Of a stretch of 64,000 nt of DNA, positions 37,639 through 46,461 are shown piece after piece. The DNA is taken from the NCBI GenBank assembly GCA_043718495.1, contig JAYSVM010000183.1, forward strand, positions 1,356 through 65,355, in the 5' to 3' direction. How positions within the stretch are numbered: the stretch's first letter is position 1; the number at the start of each line of letters is the position of its first letter. This DNA comes from Oscillatoriales bacterium (GTDB taxonomy: Bacteria > Cyanobacteriota > Cyanobacteriia > Cyanobacteriales > Microcoleaceae). A program made the translations under genes and the position numbers. The notes under the pieces were generated by a model. It did no database searches. It had not been told where the DNA came from and worked only from the letters and a program-made list of their open reading frames with translations.

Positions 37639-39198
37639 ATGCCTCCATTAGACGCATCTGCTCCTCCTACCCTAACGGTCGGTAGCAGCAGTCCAAATGG
37701 CTTTAACTTATTAGCGGGTGGAACTGCTGCAAGTAGTAGTGCACCTACTAACTATTCAGCATCAGCCTCAACAGCTAACAGTTCTACAATTTCTAATCCC
37801 AGCGAGGCTTCTGGAGGCAGCAGCAGTTCGGCTAAATCCAGTTCATTGGTAGATAGCAATGGTGCCGGCAGTACCAGCAGCGCAAAAGGTACTTCTCCTA
37901 CGGGAGAAACGAGCAATAGCAGCAAAACAGTCTATACTCCAGGAGCTACTTCCACTAGCGGCAGCGCAGAAGCTTCCGCTTCTTCCGATGTTCCTCCAAC
38001 ATCGAACGCGAAAGTAACAACACCAACTCCAACGCCAACTCCAGCAGCAATCACAACTCCAACTCCAACTCCAGCAGCAGTAACAACTCCAACTCCAGCA
38101 GCAGTAACAACTCCAACGCCAGCAACAACTCCCACCCCAACTCCAACTCCAGCAGCAATCACAACTCCAACTCCAGCAGCAATCGCAACTCCAATTCCAA
38201 CACCTTCAGGTAGTAATAGTTCGAGTCAAACAAGTACGATCGCAAATAATCAAGGTGTTACTAACAATAGCAGCGCCACAGTAACTTCCCCCGCCGGCAC
38301 TAGCACGAGCACTCAGACAGTCTATACTCCGGGAGCTACTTCTGGCAGTGCAGAAGCAGTGGCTGTTACAGGTACTCCAGCAAAAACTAACATCATAATA
38401 CCAGTACCAGTACCAACTCCAACTCCCACTCCAACTCCCACTCCAACTCCAACTCCAATACCAACTCCAACACTATCAAATAATCAGGCTGTAACTGAGT
38501 CCACAGATAAGAGTAACAGCAATAATTTGATCGCCTTTCTTGCTAACAATTCCAACACAGAGAATGCTGCAACAACCATTTTTGCAGAAATTAGCAACAC
38601 AGAAAACCAGCCTTTGGCATTAACTGTCACCTACGACAGCAACGGCGGCCAAAATTGGCGCGGCACTGATGACATTGATGTGATTGATTGTGGCAGCGGA
38701 TTCGATCTAGTTTTTGCCGGAGGTGGTGACGATATTGTCACAGGTAGTAGAGGCAACGATACGCTCGATGGAGCCGAGGGAAACGACACCTTGCGGGGAG
38801 GAAGAGGTCAAGATTTGTTGATTGGTGGCGACGGCGATGATTTTCTGTGTGGTGACTTTGGCGGTGATACATTGACGGGAGGTAACGGTGCTGATAGGTT
38901 TGTATTTAGACCGGAAACAGCGACTCCTATAGCTAATCTAGCTTATGCAGATATCATCCAAGATTTCAATGCAGATCAAGGCGATAAAATTGGGTTAACA
39001 GCCGGAATTGCGATCGCAGAAATTTCACTGCAAGTATTTGATACTGACAATAACGGTCAAGCTGATGCGACGATGGTCAAATTTAGTTCCAATAATGGCG
39101 ATCGCATTTTAGCTGTAGTTCTGGGAACTGTTAATGCGGCGGGTAAAACAACTTTGAGTAATGCAGATTTTATTACTTTGCCAAATAACATTTTTTAA
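37639..39198 (+). CDS. RTX (hemolysin-type calcium-binding repeat) protein with Ser-rich and Thr/Pro-rich linkers
   Basis: AAGGAG RBS. TPTPTPAAITTPTPTP arrays, then nonapeptide repeats GGGDDIVTGSRGNDTLDGAEGNDTLRGGRGQDLLIGGDGDDFLCGDFGGDTLTGGNGADRFVF. Confidence 0.85.
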   Translation: MPPLDASAPPTLTVGSSSPNGFNLLAGGTAASSSAPTNYSASASTANSSTISNPSEASGGSSSSAKSSSLVDSNGAGSTSSAKGTSPTGETSNSSKTVYTPGATSTSGSAEASASSDVPPTSNAKVTTPTPTPTPAAITTPTPTPAAVTTPTPAAVTTPTPATTPTPTPTPAAITTPTPAAIATPIPTPSGSNSSSQTSTIANNQGVTNNSSATVTSPAGTSTSTQTVYTPGATSGSAEAVAVTGTPAKTNIIIPVPVPTPTPTPTPTPTPTPIPTPTLSNNQAVTESTDKSNSNNLIAFLANNSNTENAATTIFAEISNTENQPLALTVTYDSNGGQNWRGTDDIDVIDCGSGFDLVFAGGGDDIVTGSRGNDTLDGAEGNDTLRGGRGQDLLIGGDGDDFLCGDFGGDTLTGGNGADRFVFRPETATPIANLAYADIIQDFNADQGDKIGLTAGIAIAEISLQVFDTDNNGQADATMVKFSSNNGDRILAVVLGTVNAAGKTTLSNADFITLPNNIF

Positions 39199-39281
39199 GC
39201 TCTGCATTATCGCCAAAAATTCATTATTAGTCGGCCAAAGCTGACTAATTTGATTAAAATTATCTGAGTTGCAAGAGAAAC

Positions 39282-40037
39282 ATGAAAAACTTTTACCAGC
39301 CAATGATTCAGGCAGATGAAATCATCGACTCTCTCAAACAAGAATTGCAAGTAAAGCCATTTTATCAAAGGATTTTGCAGAAGAGAGTCATTGATACAAC
39401 TGCCCAAGAACGGGGGTTAAGCGTGACTCCCGACGAAATTCAAGCAGAGGGAGACAAACTGCGGCGTGAGAAGCGTTTGGAAAGAGCTGCGGATACGATT
39501 GCTTGGCTGGCAGATCAGATGATTTCGGTAGAAGACTTAGAGGCCGGAATTTGCGATCGGCTATTGGCTAAAAAACTAGCCGAATTTTTATTTAGCAAAG
39601 ATGTTAAAAAAGTTTTTGTCCAAAACAAATTGCAATTCGATCAAATCATTCTGTATCAAATAATTGTCGAAGATGCTAAGCTTGCTCAAGAACTATTTTA
39701 TCAAATTCAAGAAGGAGAAATTAGCTTTTTTGATGCGGCTCATTTTTATGACATTGACGAAAATCGTCGGAATTTATGTGGCTGCGAAGGCAAGGTTTAT
39801 CGATGGGGTTTAAAGCCAGATATAGCCGTTGCATTATTTAGCACTAAACCGGGAGAGGTAATTCGTCCAATTCAAACTGACCTAGGATATCATTTGTTCA
39901 TGGTTGAAAAGTTTCTCCCTGCTGAATTAAACGCTGAGCGGTATGAAGAAATATTGCAAAAGATGTTTAATGAATGGCTATCCAATGAGGTGAACTATTT
40001 GTTATATAATCAATCCGAAATTGCGATAGCCCGGTAA
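39282..40037 (+). CDS. Parvulin/PpiC-type peptidyl-prolyl isomerase (SurA-like)
   Basis: The C-terminal rotamase-like segment reads FFDAAHFYDID...GKVYRWGLKPDIAVALFSTKPGEVIRPIQTDLGYHLFMVE. The N-terminal part is a helical chaperone-like region. Confidence 0.7.
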   Translation: MKNFYQPMIQADEIIDSLKQELQVKPFYQRILQKRVIDTTAQERGLSVTPDEIQAEGDKLRREKRLERAADTIAWLADQMISVEDLEAGICDRLLAKKLAEFLFSKDVKKVFVQNKLQFDQIILYQIIVEDAKLAQELFYQIQEGEISFFDAAHFYDIDENRRNLCGCEGKVYRWGLKPDIAVALFSTKPGEVIRPIQTDLGYHLFMVEKFLPAELNAERYEEILQKMFNEWLSNEVNYLLYNQSEIAIAR

Positions 40038-40044
40038 TAAAACC

Positions 40045-40221
40045 ATGAAAAAATATAAAACTATCATCAAACGAACGATTTCACCTGATGGTTGTGCAAC
40101 ATCAGAAGCAAAAAGCACAATTGTCGAAGATGGTGAAACTAAAGTGAGTCAATTTGTGTCAACAAAAGTCAGTAAGACTACTAGCAGCAGTAGCAGTTCT
40201 AGCTCTAGCTATAGTAAATGA
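40045..40221 (+). CDS. Unlisted 58-aa ORF with a poly-Ser tail
   Basis: Hand translation gives MKKYKTIIKRTISPDGCATSEAKSTIVEDGETKVSQFVSTKVSKTTSSSSSSSSSYSK*. It is below the 60-aa cutoff of the track and starts 8 nt after the PPIase stop. Confidence 0.35.
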   Translation: MKKYKTIIKRTISPDGCATSEAKSTIVEDGETKVSQFVSTKVSKTTSSSSSSSSSYSK

Positions 40222-40259
40222 TATCAAATCCGGTGGCATCGGAATTATTCGTCTCTCTA

Positions 40260-42455
40260 TCAAAAACCAACGTAATTTTGCCGCCACCAAGCGCGCACTA
40301 ACTTAATTTCCTCAAACGTATAAACTTCTTGCAAAAACTCATAAATTGCTTTCAATTTCTCATCTCCAAGTATCTCAATTGCTTGCACAATTGGCTGCTG
40401 TCGTTCCGGTTCCACCAATAAATGGATATCGACTTTTTGCTCCATGTCCATCAATTCTACTAAGTGCCCAACAATTGTACTAGAAGTCATTCCTCTGATT
40501 TCTGCTATCCCTTCAACTGTCAAACCTTTTCTGTGTAATTCCCAGGTTTGTGTCTGTGTATAAGAGGGAAAATTGGAAACATTGGAACTTTGAACTACAG
40601 CAGAGGGTACTGCGCCAGCGGGCAAGCCTTTTTCTTTACAAAAGTTGCGAATTGCCTCCAAGAAAACTTTACCGTACTTATCTCGCTTGTTGCTACCAAC
40701 GCCGTAGACTTCTACGAATTCTGTGAGATTTTGTGGGCGCTTTTCTGCCATATCTCGCAAGCTTTTATCGGCAAAGATGACATAGGGTGGCACGAATTGT
40801 TCATCGGCAATTTGTTTACGCAGCGTTCGCAATATGGCAAATAAACTTTCAACTTCTACGGCTAAAGAGCGATTTGTTGCTTGCACTTCCTGTTTCGGTT
40901 TGATGGCGATTTCTACTGTGCGCTGACGTTTCATTATTTCCCAACTTTTTTCGTTGAGTTTCAAGATTGGGAAGCCGTCGGTTGTTTCGTCTAATAATCC
41001 TTGATTTAAGAGTGAACGCACTAACATTTTCCAATCGTCTGCACTTCTATCTTTGCCAATTCCATAGGTAGAAAGTCGGTCATGTTGGTATTGCAAAACT
41101 TTTTGGTTTTTTGAGCCACGCAAAATATCAATGATGTGATTCATCCCAAATTTTTCTTTGCACCTAGCCACACCAGAAAGAAATTTCATTGCTTCTACTG
41201 TCCAGTCTTCTACTGGTTTTTTGTTGCAACAGTTATCACAATTTCCGCAGTTTCCGGGGAATGAGTCGCCAAAATAACTTAACTGAATTGTCCGACGACA
41301 ATCGGTTGATTCTGCATAGTTAATGACTCGTCGTAATTGTTGGCGACCAATTCGTTGTTCTTGTGGGTCGGGCTTGAGTTCTAGCATATATTCGATGGTT
41401 TTGACATCGCCAAATCCAAAGAATAATGTACAATGGGATGGTTCGTTATCTCTACCTGCTCGACCTGATTCTTGATAGTATCCTTCGAGATTCTTGGGTA
41501 AGTCGTAGTGTATTACAAAGCGGACATCGGGTTTGTTGATTCCCATGCCGAAGGCGACTGTGGCTACCATTACTTGTACGTCGTCGCGAATGAAGCGGGT
41601 TTGATTGGTTGTGCGATCCATGTTGCTCATCCCAGCATGGTAAGGTAAAGCTTGGATGCCACTTTGTTGCAATTTTGAGGCGACTTCTTCGACTTTTTTG
41701 CGACTGAGACAATAGATGATTCCTGAACCGCCTTTTTTTTGAATTATTTTCAAAACTTCGGCAAAACTATGCTTGTTTTTGGCGCGGACTTCGTAGTATA
41801 AATTGGGGCGGTTGAAGCTGGCGACATGGATGTAAGGATTTCGCAGGGTTAGCTGCTGGATGATGTCTTGGCGGACGCGCTCGGTGGCGGTGGCGGTTAG
41901 TGCCATAATGGGGATGTCTGGGTAGCGATCGCGCACTCGTTCCATTTGTCGGTATTCTGGACGAAAATCGTGTCCCCATTCGGAAACGCAGTGGGCTTCG
42001 TCGATCGCAAAAGCTGAAATTCCTAACTTATCTGCTACTATATCTAGGAATGGCAAAAATCTCTCGCCCAGCAAGCGTTCGGGAGCAACGTAGAGCAGTT
42101 TGATTTTACCTTCGAGAATTGCTGTTTCGCGCGATCGGACTTCCAGGGAATTCAAACTGCTGTTGAGAAAAGTCGCCCCAATCCCATTATCTACCAAAGC
42201 TTCCACCTGGTCTTGCATCAGAGCAATTAACGGCGAAACAACGACGCTTAAACCTGGTTTCAATAGTGCCGGCAATTGAAAACACAAGGACTTACCACCG
42301 CCCGTCGGCATCACAATCATCTGATCCCGTTTTTCGAGGGCCGCTTCGACAATTTCTCTCTGTCCCGGACGAAAAGAGTCATAGCCAAAAAAATGTTTCA
42401 GATGGTGTTCGAGGGAAGGTGGGACAGGAGATGTTGGCAGATTTGACCCTGACAT
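40260..42455 (-). CDS. recQ: ATP-dependent DNA helicase RecQ
   Basis: FGYDSFRPGQREIVEA, MPTGGGKSLCFQLPA, DEAHCVSEWGHDFRPEY, the zinc-binding CGNCDNC, an HRDC-like region and an extra C-terminal HTH-like tail. Confidence 0.95.
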   Translation of the reverse strand: MSGSNLPTSPVPPSLEHHLKHFFGYDSFRPGQREIVEAALEKRDQMIVMPTGGGKSLCFQLPALLKPGLSVVVSPLIALMQDQVEALVDNGIGATFLNSSLNSLEVRSRETAILEGKIKLLYVAPERLLGERFLPFLDIVADKLGISAFAIDEAHCVSEWGHDFRPEYRQMERVRDRYPDIPIMALTATATERVRQDIIQQLTLRNPYIHVASFNRPNLYYEVRAKNKHSFAEVLKIIQKKGGSGIIYCLSRKKVEEVASKLQQSGIQALPYHAGMSNMDRTTNQTRFIRDDVQVMVATVAFGMGINKPDVRFVIHYDLPKNLEGYYQESGRAGRDNEPSHCTLFFGFGDVKTIEYMLELKPDPQEQRIGRQQLRRVINYAESTDCRRTIQLSYFGDSFPGNCGNCDNCCNKKPVEDWTVEAMKFLSGVARCKEKFGMNHIIDILRGSKNQKVLQYQHDRLSTYGIGKDRSADDWKMLVRSLLNQGLLDETTDGFPILKLNEKSWEIMKRQRTVEIAIKPKQEVQATNRSLAVEVESLFAILRTLRKQIADEQFVPPYVIFADKSLRDMAEKRPQNLTEFVEVYGVGSNKRDKYGKVFLEAIRNFCKEKGLPAGAVPSAVVQSSNVSNFPSYTQTQTWELHRKGLTVEGIAEIRGMTSSTIVGHLVELMDMEQKVDIHLLVEPERQQPIVQAIEILGDEKLKAIYEFLQEVYTFEEIKLVRAWWRQNYVGF

Positions 42456-42552
42456 TTGCAGTAGTTGGTTTGTGACTTCTACACTATTCTATGCTTTTTG
42501 AGTACAAATACAGTTACAATAATTAAAATTCTTAATTTAACCAGAGAAACCG

Positions 42553-42837
42553 ATGCCGAAAGCAATTTGGAATGGTGCCGTTTTGGCAGAAAGCGACAAG
42601 TGCGAAGTTGTAGATAACAACTATTATTTCCCTGCGGATGCCATCAAGCGTGAGTTTTTCAAGGATAGTAGCACTCACACTACTTGCGGTTGGAAAGGTG
42701 TCGCTAGTTACTATAGCATTGAAGTCGCTGGAGAAGTGAATAAAGATGCCGCTTGGTATTATCCTACTCCGAAAGATGCGGCTAAAAATATTGGAGGCTA
42801 CATCGCTTTTTGGAAAGGAGTTAAGGTGGAAGCTTAA
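42553..42837 (+). CDS. DUF427 domain protein
   Basis: WNGAVLAESD...YYFP...T.C.WKG.ASYY...NKDAAWYYPTP pattern. Length 94 aa. Confidence 0.8.
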   Translation: MPKAIWNGAVLAESDKCEVVDNNYYFPADAIKREFFKDSSTHTTCGWKGVASYYSIEVAGEVNKDAAWYYPTPKDAAKNIGGYIAFWKGVKVEA

Positions 42838-42844
42838 GCAAGGT

Positions 42845-42907
42845 GGGACACGGCAATGCCGTTTCCCTACGCCAAATTAATTGTGGGGACACGGCAATGC
42901 CGTTTCC
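42845..42907. repeat. Two GGGACACGGCAATGCCGTTTCC elements
   Basis: Direct reading. Same family as 58372-58436. Confidence 0.8.
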
Positions 42908-42957
42908 TAATTATGGGTAATATTAATTCCGATTCCACCACATTTTGTATAATATTA

Positions 42958-43023
42958 GAACAGGCAAGATGCCTGTTCCACAAAGAGTGAGTTTTTTTGT
43001 GGGGTGGGCATCCTGCCCGCCCA
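42958..43023. repeat. Inverted pair of GGCAAGATGCC-family elements
   Basis: GAACAGGCAAGATGCCTGTTCCACAAAG ... TTTGTGGGGTGGGCATCCTGCCCGCCC, lying between convergent genes. Confidence 0.8.
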
Positions 43024-43031
43024 TGCCAAAA

Positions 43032-43697
43032 CTATTCTTTTTCCCAAGCGGCGGCAGCTTCCCATCCTAAACCACGACGAACAATAATCGGTTCGCTTTC
43101 AGTTAAATCCAGGATTGTAGACACTTGATATCCCGGATCGGAACCGTCATCGACAATGATATCTACCAACTTTGATAAACAATCAAATAGTTCAGCTTTG
43201 CCAATGTTTTCGGTTTTTGCTGTGGCTGGGGGTGCTCCATCTTCATCATCAGCAGTGATATGAGCGGATGTTGAAATAATCGGATTTCCCAAGGCTTCCA
43301 ATAGTGTAAAACAAATTGGGCTATCGGGCACGCGAATTCCAGTGGTTTTGCGTTTCGGGTTCATCACCAAGCGCGGTACCAACTTGGTAGCTGGTAACAA
43401 AAACGTGTAAGGGCCCGGAATTAATCTCTTGATAATTCGGTAAGCCTCATTGCTGACTGCGGCATACTCCGCAATATTTGACAGAGAAGAACATAGGAAC
43501 GTCAAGGGTTTATCATTGGATAGTTGCTTGATCTGCCTGACTCGTTCGATCGCAGATTTGGAATTTAAGTCGCAGCCGATCGCATAAACTGTATCTGTCG
43601 GGTAAAGCATCACAGCCCCAGCTTTTAGGGCGGATTTAATCTTCTCAATCCGGTCTTTTTGGGGTGTAAATGGATGCACTTCGTAAATAGTTGCCAT
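43032..43697 (-). CDS. L-threonylcarbamoyladenylate synthase (TsaC/Sua5/YrdC family)
   Basis: GAVMLYPTDTVYAIGCD, GPYTFLL, GIRVPD and STSA motifs. The ATG at 43697 is preferred over the ORF-track start at 43757. Confidence 0.85.
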   Translation of the reverse strand: MATIYEVHPFTPQKDRIEKIKSALKAGAVMLYPTDTVYAIGCDLNSKSAIERVRQIKQLSNDKPLTFLCSSLSNIAEYAAVSNEAYRIIKRLIPGPYTFLLPATKLVPRLVMNPKRKTTGIRVPDSPICFTLLEALGNPIISTSAHITADDEDGAPPATAKTENIGKAELFDCLSKLVDIIVDDGSDPGYQVSTILDLTESEPIIVRRGLGWEAAAAWEKE

Positions 43698-43772
43698 GTT
43701 ATGATATTGCAGGCTAAGTGGGCGATCGAAATATCGACTGAAACAATCAACTATCAAAATTAATTGTTAATA

Positions 43773-45188
43773 ATGAATAAAATAGCTTATTTTGAATGCC
43801 CAACTGGGATTGCTGGCGATATGTGTCTTGGTGCCCTAGTCCACGCGGGCGTACCTTTGGAGTACCTGATTGAAAAACTGAATTTGCTGGGTATTTCGAC
43901 GGAGTACAAATTGCGCGCCGAATTAGTCCACCGCAATACTCAACAAGCAACTAAATTTCATGTGGATTTAATTGCCGATTCGTCGTTAAAACCAGAAAAT
44001 CCCGCTGATTCCACCCTCGATCCCTCGGAGACGGAATCCCCAACATTCGATCGCACCCAACACCATCATCAGACTAACGAACATTCTCACAGTCACGACA
44101 ATGATACCGAAACTGGGCACACTTCCCATCGTCACTTACCACAAATTGAGCAGATTATTGTCTCTGCAAAATTGCCTGTGCGAGTGGAAGCCTGGAGTTT
44201 AGGGGTATTTCGGAAATTGGCAGAGGCTGAGGGTGCTGTACACGGTATCTCCCCAGAGGAGGTGTACTTTCACGAGGTGGGTGCAACGGATGCACTTGTG
44301 GATATCATCGGTACTTGTTTGGGTTTGGATTGGTTGGGTATTGATGAATGTTACTTTTCGGCAATGCCGACTGGTGGCGGTACGGTGAAGGCGGCCCACG
44401 GCATATTAGCAGTGCCCACGCCGGCGGTGATGCGGTTGTGGGAAACGCACCGAGTGCCGGTTTATAGCAATGGGATCGATCGCGAATTGTGCACGCCTAC
44501 GGGAACTGCGATCGCCTGTACTCTGGCTTCTGGGTTTGGCCCGCCGCCTGCAATGCAAATTTATGCGATCGGATTGGGTGCCGGTTCTAGAATGCTAGCA
44601 ATTCCTAATATTTTGCGTCTCTGGGTTGGGGAGAAGTCAACCCCCCCCTACCCCCTCCAAGGGGGGAAAGTCAACCCCCCCCTACCCCCCCCAAGGGGGG
44701 AAAGTCAGAAATCAACCCTCCCCAATTCCATCGAAACTATTGTGGTATTGGAAACGCAAATTGATGATTTGAACCCACAGGCGATCGGCTATGTTTTTGA
44801 TGCTTTATTTACCTGCGGAGCTCTCGATGTTTTTACTCAACCAATTGTGATGAAAAAGTCGCGATTGGGGGTTTTGTTAACTGTGATTTGTCATCCCGAA
44901 ACTCAAGTAGAGTGCGAGATAGTGATATTTCGCGAGACTACTACTTTGGGAATTAGGCGATCGACTCAGCAAAGAACGATTTTGCACCGAGAAATTCAGA
45001 CTGTTCAAACAGAATACGGCGAAGTGCAAGTAAAAGTTGCGAAGACTGGACAAATGATTACTAATGTGCAGCCGGAATATGAGGATTGCGCGGAAATTGC
45101 TCGACTTAAAAATATTAGTTGGCGGGAAGTTCACCGCTTGGCGCTGCAAAGTTGGCACGATCGCAATTCATTGGACAAGCCTTGCTAG
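43773..45188 (+). CDS. larC: LarC-family nickel insertion protein (DUF111)
   Basis: IAYFECPTGIAGDMCLGALVHAGVP, FHEVGATDALVDIIG and a His-rich linker (HHHQTNEHSHSHD). The ATG at 43773 is preferred. Confidence 0.85.
   Translation: MNKIAYFECPTGIAGDMCLGALVHAGVPLEYLIEKLNLLGISTEYKLRAELVHRNTQQATKFHVDLIADSSLKPENPADSTLDPSETESPTFDRTQHHHQTNEHSHSHDNDTETGHTSHRHLPQIEQIIVSAKLPVRVEAWSLGVFRKLAEAEGAVHGISPEEVYFHEVGATDALVDIIGTCLGLDWLGIDECYFSAMPTGGGTVKAAHGILAVPTPAVMRLWETHRVPVYSNGIDRELCTPTGTAIACTLASGFGPPPAMQIYAIGLGAGSRMLAIPNILRLWVGEKSTPPYPLQGGKVNPPLPPPRGESQKSTLPNSIETIVVLETQIDDLNPQAIGYVFDALFTCGALDVFTQPIVMKKSRLGVLLTVICHPETQVECEIVIFRETTTLGIRRSTQQRTILHREIQTVQTEYGEVQVKVAKTGQMITNVQPEYEDCAEIARLKNISWREVHRLALQSWHDRNSLDKPC
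44635..44707 (+). repeat. Tandem 2 x 34-nt poly-C/poly-G element inside larC (AGTCAACCCCCCCCTACCCCC(T/C)CCAAGGGGGGAA)
   Basis: Units at 44635-44668 and 44669-44702, then AGTCA. The encoded peptide is STPPYPLQGGKVNPPLPPPRGES. Confidence 0.85.
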
Positions 45189-45290
45189 AGCGCGATCGCA
45201 CTCAGTAGAATCATCGCAGTGTTTGGTATTTGCTGTGAAGCGCGATCGCTATGAATTTTGATGGGGCGATCGCTATGAATTTTGGTGAGA
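45189..45290. repeat. Cassette-boundary repeat (GATCGCACTCAGTAGAATCATCGCAGTGTTTGGTATTTGCTGTGAAGCGCGATCG plus 2 x GCGATCGCTATGAATTTTG)
   Basis: 50/55 identical to 46059-46113. It starts directly after the larC stop. Confidence 0.8.
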
Positions 45291-45391
45291 GTATGGCACT
45301 GGGTGGTATTTGCAGAGCATTCATAAACTCGATCTTGCAGAACTCTCACCATCGGACTAAACTTAACTTATAGACTTAATTTTTTAAGAGC

Positions 45392-45637
45392 ATGGAAACT
45401 GTAAATATCCATCAAGCTAAAACAAATCTCTCACTACTATTGTTGCGTGTAGAACTGGGAGAAGAAATCATTATTGCAAACGGAGACATCCCAATCGCGA
45501 AGTTGGTGCCATTTCGTACTTCATCTAATCGACGAGCTAGTTTAGGGCAAGATCGAGGGAGATTTGTTTTGCCAGAGGACTTTAACGATCCTTTGCCAAA
45601 AGAGATTTTGACCGCATTCGAGGGGGATGAAGAGTGA
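45392..45637 (+). CDS. Phd/YefM-type antitoxin
   Basis: VNIHQAKTNLSLLLLRVELGEEIIIANGDIPIAKLVP. 4-nt overlap with the PIN gene. Confidence 0.8.
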   Translation: METVNIHQAKTNLSLLLLRVELGEEIIIANGDIPIAKLVPFRTSSNRRASLGQDRGRFVLPEDFNDPLPKEILTAFEGDEE

Positions 45638-46035
45638 AACTATTGCTGGATACGCAGTGCTTTTTGTGGTGGTTTGCCCAACCAGAGCGATTGAATGAGG
45701 AGGCGATCGCACAGATTGCCGATGAAACCAACGAATTGTGGTTTTCTGTTGCTAGTATCTGGGAAATGGGTATCAAAGTTGCGATCGGAAAGTTGCCACT
45801 GCCAGAACCGATAGATACCTACATTTCGACGCGGATGATACAGTTAGATGTGCGATCGCTGGAAATCACAGCTCCTCATGCCCTGCGAGCGGCTGCGTTA
45901 CCATTACATCATCGAGATCCATTTGACCGAATGCTGATTGCCCAGGCTCAGATCGAGGAGATGACGCTTGTGAGTGCTGATTCAATGTTCAAGCAATACA
46001 GAGATATTACTATTCTTTGGGCAGCAAATTCGTGA
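45634..46035 (+). CDS. PIN-domain toxin (VapC family)
   Basis: KLLLDTQCFLWW, SVASIWEMGIK and HRDPFDRMLIAQA. Confidence 0.8.
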   Translation: MKLLLDTQCFLWWFAQPERLNEEAIAQIADETNELWFSVASIWEMGIKVAIGKLPLPEPIDTYISTRMIQLDVRSLEITAPHALRAAALPLHHRDPFDRMLIAQAQIEEMTLVSADSMFKQYRDITILWAANS

Positions 46036-46058
46036 GATTTTACTTCTCATTTATTCTG

Positions 46059-46133
46059 TTGATCGCACTCCGTACAATCATCGCAGTGTTTGGTATTTGG
46101 CGTGAAGGGCGATCGATCTTGATGCGCGATCGC
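46059..46133. repeat. Cassette-boundary repeat, second copy, fused to a GGGCGATCGATCTTGATGCGCGATCGC module
   Basis: It shares the 55-nt core with 45195-45250, and shares the GGGCGATC..TCTTGATGCG.GAT module with 47213-47240. Confidence 0.8.
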
Positions 46134-46349
46134 TACCTGATGTTTCATGTCGGTTGGCGTGGAGAAGGACGAGTTTATGGATGTGTGATTCACATCGAAA
46201 TTAGGTCGGGTAAAATTTGGATTCAACGGGATGGAACTGAGGTGGGAATAGCTAACGAGCTAATTGAATCGGGAGTAGCTAAGTCTGATATTGTTTTGGG
46301 ATATCGATCGCCCTATATGCGGAAGTTTACAGAGTTAGGGGTGGGGTAG
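46125..46349 (+). pseudogene. XisI-family fragment (C-terminal roughly 60 percent only)
   Basis: RDRYLMFHVGWRGEGRVYGCVIHIEIRSGKIWIQRDGTEVGIANELIESGVAKSDIVLGYRSPYMRKFTELGV matches the C-terminal part of XisI proteins. The upstream part of the ORF is translated boundary repeat. Confidence 0.6.
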
Positions 46350-46461
46350 TTGGTGCGATCGCCTTCCCCATTCAAGAGCACCTATGCGATCGGTCAAGAT
46401 ACTGGCAAAGGTGAACAGCTTTGAGGTAAACTAGAATTGCTCGAAGTTTCTGGAGTCTGAT

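Noticed and set aside
37639-37725. A GG at residues 27-28 of the RTX protein (NGFNLLAGG), considered as a third double-glycine leader
   Set aside because: The preceding sequence lacks the acidic/hydrophobic leader pattern shared by the two bona fide precursors, and GG dipeptides are frequent in this Gly/Ser-rich protein.
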